NCBI GenBank assembly: GCA_036172245.1
Contig: JAYWIR010000022.1
Coordinates: 1,178,001-1,242,000 of the forward strand
Origin: Raillietiella orientalis
Taxonomy: Eukaryota
Length of the DNA: 64,000 bases
Direction: 5' to 3'
The notes beneath the pieces were generated by a model. It was not told the DNA's origin and did not search any database. It saw nothing but the letters and a program-made list of their open reading frames with translations. Made by a program: the position numbers and the translations under genes. Positions 13,400 through 24,800 of this stretch are shown piece by piece (positions within the stretch are counted from its first letter, which is position 1; each line of letters starts with the position of its first letter).

Positions 13400-15330
13400 T
13401 TATACTTTGGAGAGTCATTCAGAGCAATTACTTAGAGAGAATGGAAGCTGCTGCTAATTGGTGCTCCTAATTGACGATCTCAGTTCAATTCTAATCATAT
13501 TCACATCCCGGGAGTTGGGAAGCATCTCATTCTCTTCTGAAGCAGTGCACTGTCCTCGCCGTTTAAGTCGTCGATCCTGTTGCTACAGGGCCGGTCGTCA
13601 GCATCCATCTTGCAGCCGAAAATTGCATTTTCGATTTTCTACCTTCTTCTACATGCTAGGAAAAACACTGTCCCGTAAGGCCACTTTAAAATGACTGTGC
13701 CTTTGTTCTCAACAAATACTGTCCGAGCTGTTGTTTTTGACATCCTATGAGGAACAGCAATTCATCTGCCATAGCCTTCCAGTTCGAAACTTTACGCATC
13801 CCATCTGCTAGTGTTATATGATGGAGTGCCATCAAATATGAAAAAAAAAATTCTATTCAGCACACAGCAAACAATAAATGAGCTAACCGTTGGTGTTCTT
13901 GATTCCTGCAGCGGAAATCTTCAAATTTTTTTCATTGAGATGCTCCCCAAACCTGGAGACAAGTGTTCTTTTGTGGTTGCTCTTTTCGAATCGAGAAAGA
14001 GCTACGAGCTTCTAGCACTCAGAGATGATCCTATGAACACTTGCTGGTGAGTACTTCTTCGTATGAGCTGATCCAATCATATCACCCAATTCTTCCGTCC
14101 GGTACCAAAAGGAAATCAAATGACTTCCCTTGTCTTGCACGTGCTTCAGTATCTCCGAATTTTGGGGTTCGTCAGAGAAAGAAGGACCTACCCTATAAAA
14201 CGGTATTTTCCCTTCAATACAAACTCAGTGTTACAACTCTCAGCATCTGTGAGAAGTTCCCCACATTTCCCCCGAAGTCCCCCCGCAACCGTTTAAAGAA
14301 GACTATGAGGAGCTCTCACTGCTGCTCCTTTTCACATGCACTGCCTTGAAAGATGTTTCCTGGAAGCTTCGAGTCCAAACATCTTAGTGTTTATCAGCTC
14401 TCCTTCCTAATAACCACAGCGACAGCATTTCACTTCGTATTTTCTTCCGTAATGGCATATCACGTTGCACTCTTGGAAAGCAGCAACCGTTTCCTGTAGA
14501 TAAAGGTAATTAGTTCGACACTAAAAGCTGCGAAAGAACACCTACCATTCCGCCGTCCTGTAAATTCTGTGCTACCCGGGCGAGGTATTCACTGCACTTT
14601 GGTTCTGTTTCCTTGTTACCAGAACAACCGTCAGGACAACCGTCAGAAATCCGAATCAAAATTCAATTTCGGTTGAAGTGTTTACGAAAAAATTCAAACA
14701 GCAACACGAAGGGCTGTGATAATCATCGATCGACAGCAGGCTGTCGACAGCATTGAACTTTTTGCTCTCTGCTCTCCTTTCCACGGGGAATTCTTTGCCA
14801 GTGTTTCTTTCCTTCGTAGGTCAGGATCTCCACAGAGCGCGCATGCCCAATGCTGAACCGAAAACAAGAGCATTGCGAAGCTGCACACAGTGCTACTACA
14901 GCTATCACGAAAGGATGAGAAAGGACAGTAGGACAGTAGACGAAGGACAGTCTCTCCATGTCTCGCTTCATTTGCTTTTCGGCTGCTTTTCCACATTTGC
15001 ACCACGGTATCGCTCCTAGTGTCGAGGAACTCCATTTGGGGACGGGATTTTCGTTCCTCTTCCTTTCTATCTTGATTCCCGAAACGCAAGTTTTATCGAA
15101 TCATTCAAAACCCCTTTTCTAGAGAGCTTCCGACTTGCGATTGCGCTTCCGTGATGCTTGGGCGGTAGGTACGTTCCCTTCTTTCGCTTGAATCATATTG
15201 GTTTCCCACCACCAACAGCCTCAACGCCTGCAAGATATTCAGGTCTTTGCCTTCCCAAAGAGTCCTGGAAAAACAACCAGAAGGAGAGTAATATCCCGGA
15301 AGCTCAGAATCCAGGCTCATCATCTCTGAC
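13400..15330 (-). mobile_element. Decayed Ty3/gypsy pol (RT, RNase H, integrase)
   Basis: TYRPSITEAQSQVGSSLEKGF (cf. YRxS..E..Q+..LLxKGFI), RKEEERKSRPQMEFL (cf. KKDGxxRxCxD), VGVLSQ...YAITEE (RNase H), RIAVPH and LRDSVFPSM (integrase zinc-binding region). Confidence 0.65.
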
Positions 15331-15599
15331 AATTTGCAGAATTGAGGGCACTGGGAAACTTTTCTGCTCCATTTGCGGTCTGTGAATGTTAAATCGGTAA
15401 CGCTGGAAGATTGAATCTTGGCTCTGGCTTAGAAGAATGGTTTCACTGACTCCGCAAATAGGGAACGTAAACACTGACGACAAATTCTTGAACGTTGACT
15501 CAGACCGTCAACTTCACTGAGACACTAATATGAGTGAAGCTCCCAGTCAGATGCCTCGTTGTAAAAAATGATTCCAAAAGCCTCTCTTTGGAAAGTACT

Positions 15600-17000
15600 C
15601 CAAAGGCAAACTTCGTTCGGAAAATTCAAACTCATTTTTTGCTTCTTGACTCAGATCTTGAGTGTGCCACTACCTACTGAGGTGCCAAAACAGCTTCGGT
15701 ATCCGGCGCACTTCTGCCTTGGAGATCGAAGGAAAGTCTTGGTTTCTTTTCCTCTGCGGCCACTTGGCCAATTGGTCAAGTATTGTTTTCTTCTTCTTCC
15801 AGGAACATGTACTGGCCACCTTCAAGCACGTCTTGATGATGCACAGAAGCATTTTCATTTCAGCTTTAAAGACTTATGGAATTTTACGACTTGGTTTTCA
15901 CCAAGATCTATGATACCAATAGTCCGCATTGAGCTCACCCACCAAAGAAAGGGGAATGGTGCACTGAACTTCCCTTCCCTGTAGAGAGCTTCCCCATTGA
16001 GGTTCTCTTCTCTCAATTTGCATCCTAATTTGTAGAATACCCTGACTGCCATGAAGAGTCGAATGTACTCAATCACAGGCACCAAAGAAACCAGAACTCC
16101 GGATCTTCTAAGAAAACAGATCCTTTCTGACTCCATCATTTTCTTAGTCCGCGCTGCTTCCCGTTTGCAAGGATCGGGATTGAAATCCAGGTGCTCGCCT
16201 CTTCCCAAGGCAAAGTAGACGAAAACTACATGCAAACTGAGAAGGGGATCTTTGCAAACTCTCTCACCATCTTTCTGAGATATCGGCATTTTTCAAACAA
16301 GAGCATTTCATGAAGAACCAATGCATCGGATCTTTGCGATCTTTCGCCATTTTTGCGACACGCACCGGCTGCTCACATTGCAGGGCACCTTCCCTGCACA
16401 CTGCTTCTCTGGTCCGTCCGTGTAAAATCCTTCAGCGTCACTGCAAGGGCAACATTTCACTCCGTTCGGAAACTCTTTCTCACAAGAACAAAACCTCTTC
16501 CTTTGAGTGACATGATGAAAAATGGGATTACCCATAAGGCCAAGCCTTTCCTCTTCTTGACGCCTCTTGATGCAGCTGAACCTTCCTTGCTGGCGACTTC
16601 CAGAGTGCTTTGCATCACTGCAATTCGTCCATTTTTTTTGGAGAGTGTTGCCACCATTGCTTGGTCTGACAGCCACTGATCTGGATCCTTCGGATCCTTC
16701 TGGATGTTCCCGATCCAGAAACTCATGAGACTTTTTTTTGTCCAAGAGATCAGTGAAGATAAGATCACTTGAGCAGATATCGTTAGGAACGTCTCACCAG
16801 CCTGCATCACAGGTATCAACGTACTATGTACGTGGATTACGGATACCTTTTGAGTTGAGGATTGTTCTGTGGAATGATTGCAGATTTTCTCCACGATTGG
16901 AGTAAGTCTTTTCGGTTTTGCAGTGTGGTCTGCACGAATGCCTCGAGTTACAAAAGTTTCCTGTATGTTTTGACTCCATGAGGTCACATCAGAGGAGGTG
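15600..17000 (-). mobile_element. Decayed hAT transposase (DUF659-like type)
   Basis: LMSFWIGN and LALWVIPFFIMSL (cf. FWxPCxAHxxxL), EHLDFNP (cf. YYLNP), PFLWW, and CASSRRA*RW...KKKKTIL (cf. hAT dimerisation CSSSGCERNWS...KRRNRL). Confidence 0.45.
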
Positions 17001-17399
17001 AATGATCCCGGCTAGCTCAACTCTCGACAGTACGACTTCCATGGAGAAACTCAGTAAAAAACTTCCATGGAGACGGCCAAGGAAGGAAACAGAGAATGTG
17101 GCACCTTGGCGGTACTCCCATTGCTGTAGCTCTCGTATTCTGTAGGCACTTATGTGAAGCCTGGCCTACCTAACCTAACTTACAGCAATCAGGGTCCGCT
17201 TTCATGGAACATTAAGTCTACAAGCCCTATACATCCAAGGCAGCAAATCAACATCTTCTAAATCAAAATGCAGGCAACATTCGCAAGTATGAACCATCAT
17301 TTTTGATCCGAAACTTATCTTCGACGGTGATGTACTTTTAGGAGAAAGTCTCCACCTATGGCTGCCGATGGAGTTGTGATGATCTTGGATTATTGCAGC

Positions 17400-17800
17400 G
17401 TCCAAACCACACCCTAAGACATTATCTTCTAAAAGGTCACATACGCATGGAATGGCAGCTCTTTGTCCGGCAAGGAGACAAAATAAGTGAGTTTTTAGTG
17501 TTCCTTCTTTCTGCTACACAGTTCTTTTGGGATCTCAGATGCTTAAAGGTGCTTATGCTGTGTAAAATGACTCTTCGTCGTATGTGCGACCAGTGAACAA
17601 GTGATAAGCTTCTTGCACAGGATTTTCTTGCAGAAAATTACTTTTCCGAAACACTGAAGAGCAGGCATATAATTTTTGTTGACGAAATCTCGAAAAATGG
17701 TGGTTAGGAACCATTGAGAAACGTAGTTGGTGCTCAAGCCAGCACCTTCGAAACCAACAGCTGGAGGAGATCATTTGCAGACTTGGAATTCCATCATGTA
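17400..17800 (+). mobile_element. Possible decayed retrotransposon gag fragment
   Basis: RQGDKISEFLVFL...MCDQ resembles the gag motif QxxxESxxxF..L...RDQ. Weak. Confidence 0.3.
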
Positions 17801-17932
17801 TGCCTGAAAAAATCGAATTTTGTGGTTTGTCTCACGAATGTGAGAGCGTGGACCAGTTATTCTGATGTCAAGTACGAATTTAAAAATACTAGTAAATAAA
17901 TGCTGAACTAGTCCAAAAAACGAAGTTAAATA

Positions 17933-18028
17933 GCGGCGGTAAAGTTGCTGCTGTCCGGACAGCTGACCAGGCACGCCATTTCCGAAGGCACCAAGGCGGT
18001 CACCAAGTACACGACTCATCATCGGTGA
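17933..18028 (+). pseudogene. H2B: Divergent histone H2B C-terminal fragment (alpha3/alphaC), 5'-truncated
   Basis: Translates [31 protein letters not shown]. By my count 20/27 residues are identical to canonical animal [27 protein letters not shown]. There is an in-frame TAA at 17927-17929 upstream, and no N-terminal part is recognisable. Confidence 0.88.
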
Positions 18029-18541
18029 TCAGCGCGGGTGACGCAGACTTGACCTCATGCGGGTCTTCTTGACAAGTACAGATCTCGCCATAATGACCAC
18101 AACGGTATGTTATGATTTGTCCTAGCTGCTCTACAAAATTCATAATACATATCGTCCATCGACTCACATCGGAATATGAAGGCTATGAGAATATGATATC
18201 CTTTTTTTATTAAATGTTACTACATATATGATGAACGTGTGTACATTATATACGCTTACTGGATACATTAAACAAGCAAGTGTAATAGGAATGATAAGGC
18301 GCTTTCTTAGGCACATGATATGTTCTATAATAGTATGTATTTTGTATTTTTATGATGAAATATATTTAGCATGAGTGTAGTATTTCAGTGCAGTAATTCA
18401 TAATCAATAATGAATCACGTTATATATATAGTCATTCGGGGTAATGTATTATGAATAACCGAGCGGTTATCTAATTCTCCGTTAACCATATGTATAATAT
18501 AATGTAGTTCTCATTAATGTGACAGTTTTATAAATAGTGAT

Positions 18542-18662
18542 AGGTTTGAAGTGATCTTACCAGTTTCCCATTCTCTATTATTAAATATTAATAAACAGAT
18601 CTATTATTAATAAATCTGTTATTAAATAGAGAATAGGAAACTGGTAAGATCACTTCAAACCT
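18542..18662. repeat. 38-bp inverted repeat (1 mismatch) forming a ~120-nt hairpin with an inner AT-rich palindrome
   Basis: 18542-18579 aggtttgaagtgatcttaccagtttcccattctctatt versus 18625-18662 aatagagaataggaaactggtaagatcacttcaaacct; inner aacagat...atctgtt. Confidence 0.95.
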
Positions 18663-20349
18663 TTATTATTAAATACAAATACTTATCCATATGTAGCTTT
18701 ATGTGTTAGCATTACCTATGAAGCACAATCCACTAAATAGTTCAGGGATGCAGGAAATGGTATACACGATTGAAGGACTATCTATAATGATGAACTTTTC
18801 AGTGCCGCAACGCTAAATACGCAGCGTCTCTTGGCAACAGTGTGATGGAGTAAGATACGGAGTGCTCCAAAATGGCGGTTTGGACCATTTCTGCGCGAAC
18901 TCGTGCATGTACACGCAAAATTATGTCTAGGGAGCTTGTACCAACTCTTGGATTGTTGTGTGGCAATTCTGTAAAATTCGTGGTTCGGAGATCCTTCGTG
19001 TTGTTTCTCAGTTTTGTTCTTGTTTCTGGCACGGAGTACCGGTTCGTGGAAAGCAGATTCTCGAGGAACCCAGACATCAAGGCATCCCGTTAGCCCGAAT
19101 ATTCGATCCACAGCTGAATGACGGTTTCGCAGAATATAAAATTGACTGAGCTCCAGATCCGATACGAATGAAACTGTTGCACCACTTCTCTTGGTTCAGT
19201 ACCGGCGCACAAAACAGCGTGCCACCCGACTGTACCAGAATAACGTCGCTTTCCAGATGCAAGAGCAAAAGGATTTTGCGTTTTAGGAGCGAGCAGCTCT
19301 TTCTTAGAAAGCCCAACCGCTGCCATTCAACGTAGGATGCTTGGAAGGAGCACGAGATTGTCTTATTCAATTCCATTCTGCACAGATGTTTCTTGGAGTC
19401 TCAAGAAAATCTGATGAATTTAAGCAGTTAGTGGTTTCTACGCGCGGACCCTAGGAATCTGACCAAACCCCGTAGAACCAAGCGGAAATTCGAGGACAGG
19501 CTCTGGTTCCTTGAAGACGAAAGCTGCAAGCGCACGTCGCTAAAGCAAAGGAGGGAAACGGAGCACTGTTGAGCCGGAAGCTGTTATCCGTGGTAGAAGG
19601 AGTAGTTGGGGCCGGTACGTTCAGCGCACTCGAGATCATGCATCTGCATCACAGCCGAGCTCAAGCCCATCTCTTGAGCTTTCCTCCAAAGAAGCCGCTC
19701 CTCGAAGTCCTTTTTTGTCGCGTCCGTTCGTGATTTCTCATCCATACCTCTTACAACACTGGCATCCCCTGTTCCTGGTCTCTCACTCTTCTACCATGGC
19801 CGCATCGTTAAAACAGCAGAGATGAAAAACAAAAGTTGTTAATGAACTTAAGGTACCAGGCAGGGAAAGAGAAATGCTGCAGAAAACCAGACTGATTAAG
19901 CATCAGCGGTCCGAAAGCGAGAGGGGAAAAATTCCAGGGGGAGAACTGCTCGCTGCTGCTGCTTTCTTTTGCGCGGGTAGACTCGAGTCAGCGGGTGTTT
20001 CGTAATCCCACCGCTCTACAAAGGATCTCCATCGAACGCAACGCTCAGCAAAATGCGAGTGGCCATCCTGCATCTCTAATTCCAGAATGTATGCAATATT
20101 CAAATCGTCATTAAAAACCAAACGAGCATCCGCAAATATCGCAGGCGTGTTTCGTAGGCAGTTTCCCAGCGTCCTCCCCATTCGGGTATCGACGCAACCG
20201 TTCGGTAGCTGCTCGTGTCGAAGCAAGAAAAAAGGAAAGAAAGAAAGAAAAAAAAAAAAACAAGGATAAAAGGAAGGGAAGGAATGCAGCAGCAGTCCAC
20301 GAAAAAGTGTAACAAAGTGCACAAAACTTCAAACGAATGCTTCAGTGGT

Positions 20350-21150
20350 GGATAACTTCTAAGAGCAAATCAATAACGGCCTGGGAAACACGAGATCCTC
20401 TCCAGAATGAATTTAGTGTTTGAGTCGTGCATCATCGATGCATGCGAGATGGAAGATGCCTGCTGCCTCGAAGTGAAACAGAGAGTAGCATTTTCGGGAA
20501 TTAGTAGTGAGCCTATCGAGTCTAATAAGGTCTTCAAAATTTGTGAGCTCGTTCCGTGGATCCTCAAGGATGACGAGATTCGTCAGCATACGTCAAGATG
20601 TCTTCACCATAACTCTCTCTCATGAACTCGGAGTATGGGCTCCACGGCAATTCATGAATAACAAGGAGGTCGAGTCAGGAAGGTGGGTAGGAGACACAAC
20701 GGGTAAGGCGGGCACAAAACGAGATGTAGAGAACGCTTCAGCTTCCAGGAAAAGCTGATGGAAAGCAGCTCTCTAAAGCACGTAACTGTGGTTTCCGCTG
20801 TAAAAGCATCTGCAAAGAAAATGAAGCTCAGCTTCAGAAAGTTCGGATCTCGGCCTGCGAAGGATCCAAACCGCGCCTGTGTCTTCTTCATCCTGGTTGA
20901 CCCTACGAAAGCAAGCGAGGAAAGCAAGTGTGACCGGAGGTCCCACACATCCTTTCCACACGTGCGATTAAGAAGTAGGCAGACAAATAAGGTTCCCTCT
21001 TTCCTTGCAGATCCTCGGATAAACAGGAGCGGTTTCAAGGTTCCGCTTCGCAGCTCGGATGCTCTCGTTTCCCAAGCCAAAAACCTTACGGAGAAAGCTG
21101 GAAAGCTTTTTCCTCGAAAATTACACCTTCATCATGCAAACAAATTGTAT
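20350..21150 (-). mobile_element. Decayed non-LTR RT core fragment
   Basis: DVWDLRSHLLSS (cf. NxRPIxLxS), LSFIFFADAFTA (cf. FxDFxKAFD), EDILTYADE (cf. YADD) and LTTNSRKC (cf. GLxxNxxKC), in order. Confidence 0.65.
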
Positions 21151-21899
21151 CCGTGTGCGATGATAGTGAGCCGAAGATTGAGGCGAATTGCGCGCGCGAT
21201 TGATTTTTCCATCCAGTGAACCGAAAGTCTGCTCTCGAAAAAAATCCAATCAGAGAGAGAGAGTGGAAAAAAAAAAAAGAAAAAAAAAAAGGTATCTCAA
21301 GGCGATTATCTGAATCGAGTCCATTTCAGCTTCGTGGGAACAGAGTGATCACTGGGCGCGTAGTATGCTAAAGTTTCGAAGCACCACGCTTAGACTTAAC
21401 AGCCTGTTTAGCAGTAAGCTGAGCGTCTGCTTAATCCGGCAGGCTTTAAACTGAGGAGAGTGCGTTAAAAATGAAGACATCCTCGTTGCAGCCCCAGGTC
21501 GTTCACGGTGCTATCTTCGTTCTCTCCCTCGTAACCCGAATCGATGTTGCTGCCACCTACTGGCGTGTTGTTTCTTCCTTCCCTTCCTACCTCCCACTGC
21601 AGCGAGATAAGGCGTGTGCAGATCTCTGAAGATATCCTGGCTTCGTAAGCATCGCTTTCCATCGATATGGCTGGCTAACTTTGGAGCCTTTTCAGAGGAC
21701 GAAACTTAAAATCTCTCTCCCCCCCCCCCCCGCCTCCCCCGCAAAAGAACGCTCCACCCCATTATCTTCGGCGTAGACGTCATTTTCATCCATTTTTACA
21801 TTTGCAGAGCGCGTTCGGTGAGAGCGCCAACCAGATTACAAGAGGATTGCAGGAAGTGCTCCGGCTGCGTCTTGTTTGCTCTCTTCACATAATCAGCGC

Positions 21900-22200
21900 A
21901 GTTCCGCTTGTGCGAAGAGGAAGGGTACACATCTGAATGCTCGGAGTCGGGGATATGCTGGAAACGAGTTACCTCCTATGGAAGATCTGTGGAGCCCAGG
22001 GTTAAACAGGAGTCTCAGGATCGCACGATTAGAAAAGCAACAGAAGAAATGATCTATGGGTTTTCTCGCCAGCTTTTCGCCTGTGATTCGGAAGGCTTTT
22101 CGCCCCTCACATCTCTGACTTTTGGACTTTCGCAGACTCACTTTCCTCATCTGGAACCGTGCTGCTGAAAACTGATACCGGGAAAACGAATCTGTTAGAT
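21900..22200 (+). mobile_element. LINE ORF2 3'-end fragment
   Basis: ETSYLLWKIC (cf. ETxxHLxxxC), IYGFS and LIWNR (cf. IWxxRN), typical of L1/Tx1 C-termini. Confidence 0.4.
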
Positions 22201-22299
22201 GAGCAGAGGCGGCTCTGCTTAAGAACCCAGATGAATTTAATAAGTAGCATGTCTTTCAACTAAGGATTTCTCAAAAATGGCAAATAACTTTGGTTAGGA

Positions 22300-24800
22300 G
22301 TACCAATAACTTTCTCAATCCTAGCGGTAGCAAACATTACATAAAAAAGGGATCTTCAGAACGGAGAATGATACAGATAGGCAGGCAGCTACTGAGAAGA
22401 AATCAACTGGTACAACCCTTCGGGTGTGTTCATAAGGGAGCCCTGCACCAACAAGGTTCTCATCTCCAAGCCCCATTGCTATGAAGACGACAGCTCACTC
22501 TTCCTTAGCGTTAAGGGCCTGCATCCCAAGGGCGACAACCACCTCTCCCTAGCGGTTCTGGAGAAGGGTTCCAGCTGCTCCTCAGGGAGAACAGGCGCGT
22601 CCTAGCGAACGTGCACCCTGAGGATGCGGAACTGCTTCGGACTGCTGGCGAAATGTCCGGCGTGTTTCTCCATCTTCGGCGAGTTGAAGTTCCCGCAGAG
22701 GGTGGTGGGCATGACCCACGCCAAGCTGAGCCGCCCGCAGCAACGTGTGTGCTCTACTGTGCACCCTGGGCCCTCAGAGAGTGCAGCTACCGAAAGAAAA
22801 GCAAGGAGTGAGCGGGATGGAAACGCACGTGGCGCATTCCACGTGGCGTCCCAGAGTGTCCCGCCCCTCGCTTCCCTCTTCCCTTCCCCTTTTCCCATTC
22901 TCCACACGAACAGAATCACGTGCGAAGTTTAGGGTGAGAATCATAAGCCGTGCTGTTGCAATGCTGAGTAACAAGAAATTCCATATCTACTGCTCCCAAC
23001 TTGTTTGGTTCCACTCCCCAATTTCTTCCTTTCAAGATTCAAGTGTGTTCCTCTCCATTACTCAATGTCCTTTGAATCTACAAAGACAAAGCGTGTGCAG
23101 AAAAGAGTAAATGAGAAAGTAAGAGTCCCCATTAAAGAGATTCTCAGGGATATTTTGGGGGATTTTAGTGGACGCTCTCTTTGTCTTTCAAATGGAATCC
23201 TCGAAGGAGCCACTTTGCTGTTCCATCTTCCATTGCGTCTTGCTTTCATGGTTCTGCAAAGAATAGCTGATACTGGCTGCCATTCTTTGCAGCCAGTACC
23301 AGCCTCATATCCTCCCAGAGTTGGCTACAGACGAAGGTCGAATTTTTCAAGCGAAGGACAAAACAGCCAAACCCTGACAAAGGGGTAGAATTGTTGCAAT
23401 TTTCAAAGAATTTTTTTCTCGTACTTGGCTCCTGCAGGAAAGCTGTCCTCTTTCTAGAAATTTCAACCCATGACCTCTCTCCTCATACTTTTTCAAGGGT
23501 CAACTGACCGTTTCCATGACTTTTCCACCACTGTGTTCAAGGCCTAAGTTCTTAGCGAAACCACCCGACTCTTTCACTCGGCGGATGCTCCTGGAGTCCC
23601 CGTAATCCACGAACAACGATTCTTCATTACCGTGAGAATGAGTGATAGCATCCACGGGCGAGCTTTCCACCTACGCAGACCAGAACGGAAAGGGAGAAGG
23701 CCAATGGGAAGGAACCACACTAGAAAGTTTTCAAAAGTATCTGCCTGTCAGAGAGTCTGTCCGAGATTATAATCCATTTCCAAAATACTTGTTCCGCTGG
23801 ACTTAACCATTTCTCTTCAGTCATCAGGAATGGTTTCTATGGCTACCGGAAGTGCAGTGTATCTTCCAACAATCTTGGCTGGATCATGGTATTGACATGG
23901 ATCCAAGAAGAGATCCATTGTGTCGGTTGAAGTGAAGAGCCATTGTGAAAGGAAGTGTCTGTTCTTTACACTGCATCTAGTGATGATCATAGTCGAGATT
24001 TTGGATAATCACCTAGTTTCCTCCTTCCGGTTTCCGGTCTTGATTCTCCCTCCTCTTCTCTCTTTAATGGGACACAAACGGCAACACTTAGAACAACCAG
24101 TAACCCCTTTCCCTGACAGTGCTTCACCTTTATGCCAATCGCTTCCAGGAGCCAAGAAAATAAGGAAGCACTGCAATGCGCAACGGCATTTGGAACCTTC
24201 TCGGCCTGCTAGAGGCAGGAGAATTCTGCCGTAACAGATGGTTTGAATTGCTCCTCGAACTTCCGGTTTCCTGCCTTCAACCAGATAGGGAGGATGTACT
24301 GGTGTGGACCTATCACATTGGCTCGACGCCCTCAAGAGGGACGCAAGTTGGCGCTCGATTGAGCTCGACCACGCCGTCCGTGATGTCTTGCGACAGTCCA
24401 GATCGGATGCCTTCCTACCGGAGAGGCCTCGCCCTGTGCTCACGCCCTTACGATCGGAGGACCGAGAAGGAGCATCCTAGCGCTCAGTAACAACTGCGGG
24501 CAAGGCTAGTTTCGGACGGCTTTCTCCTTTCCTACGAAAATCCAGCGAACAGTTGCACCGTATCCATATCATCTTCTTCTCTGCATCCTCAGCCTCTTGA
24601 CTATGTCCTGTATCCTTCTGCAAGTAGACACTCTTGGGTTCGGAACGCAAAGGTTTCAAGTTCCTTGCATCCTCGATGATTAAGTTCGGCCTGGATGCCG
24701 TACTGGATGAAGTGACTCAGGAAAGTCCTTCTTCTTGGCGAATTAAAGTGAATTTCGAAACCCGAGATCTCATCCCCCATTCCAAAAAGGGCGAATACGT
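22300..24800 (-). mobile_element. Decayed L1/Tx1-like LINE ORF2 (RT to zinc finger)
   Basis: LVEGRKPE (cf. GFxxGR), QAEKVPNAVAH (cf. DxEKAFDxVxH), GKGVTGCSKCCRLCP (cf. GVRQGCPLSP), KYFG (cf. KYLG), LWDATWN...CGNFNSPKMEKH (zinc-finger region). Confidence 0.6.

Larger units (their letters stand above)
17870..18790. other. AT/TpA-rich island of foreign composition
   Basis: About 18100-18790 is visibly AT- and TA-dinucleotide-rich relative to the flanks. The island includes the H2B fragment and a long hairpin. Confidence 0.7.

Noticed and set aside
17790..17930. Possible upstream continuation of H2B (SIM..., KYEFKNT)
   Set aside because: Matches are too short and the spacing is wrong, so an extension is not supportable.
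17771..18022. Minus-strand [23 protein letters not shown]...
   Set aside because: It is the antisense shadow of the plus-strand H2B fragment.
18800..19420. Possible LINE C-terminal relic (VSWQQ...NGGLDH)
   Set aside because: Only one loose motif is present, so it was left unannotated.
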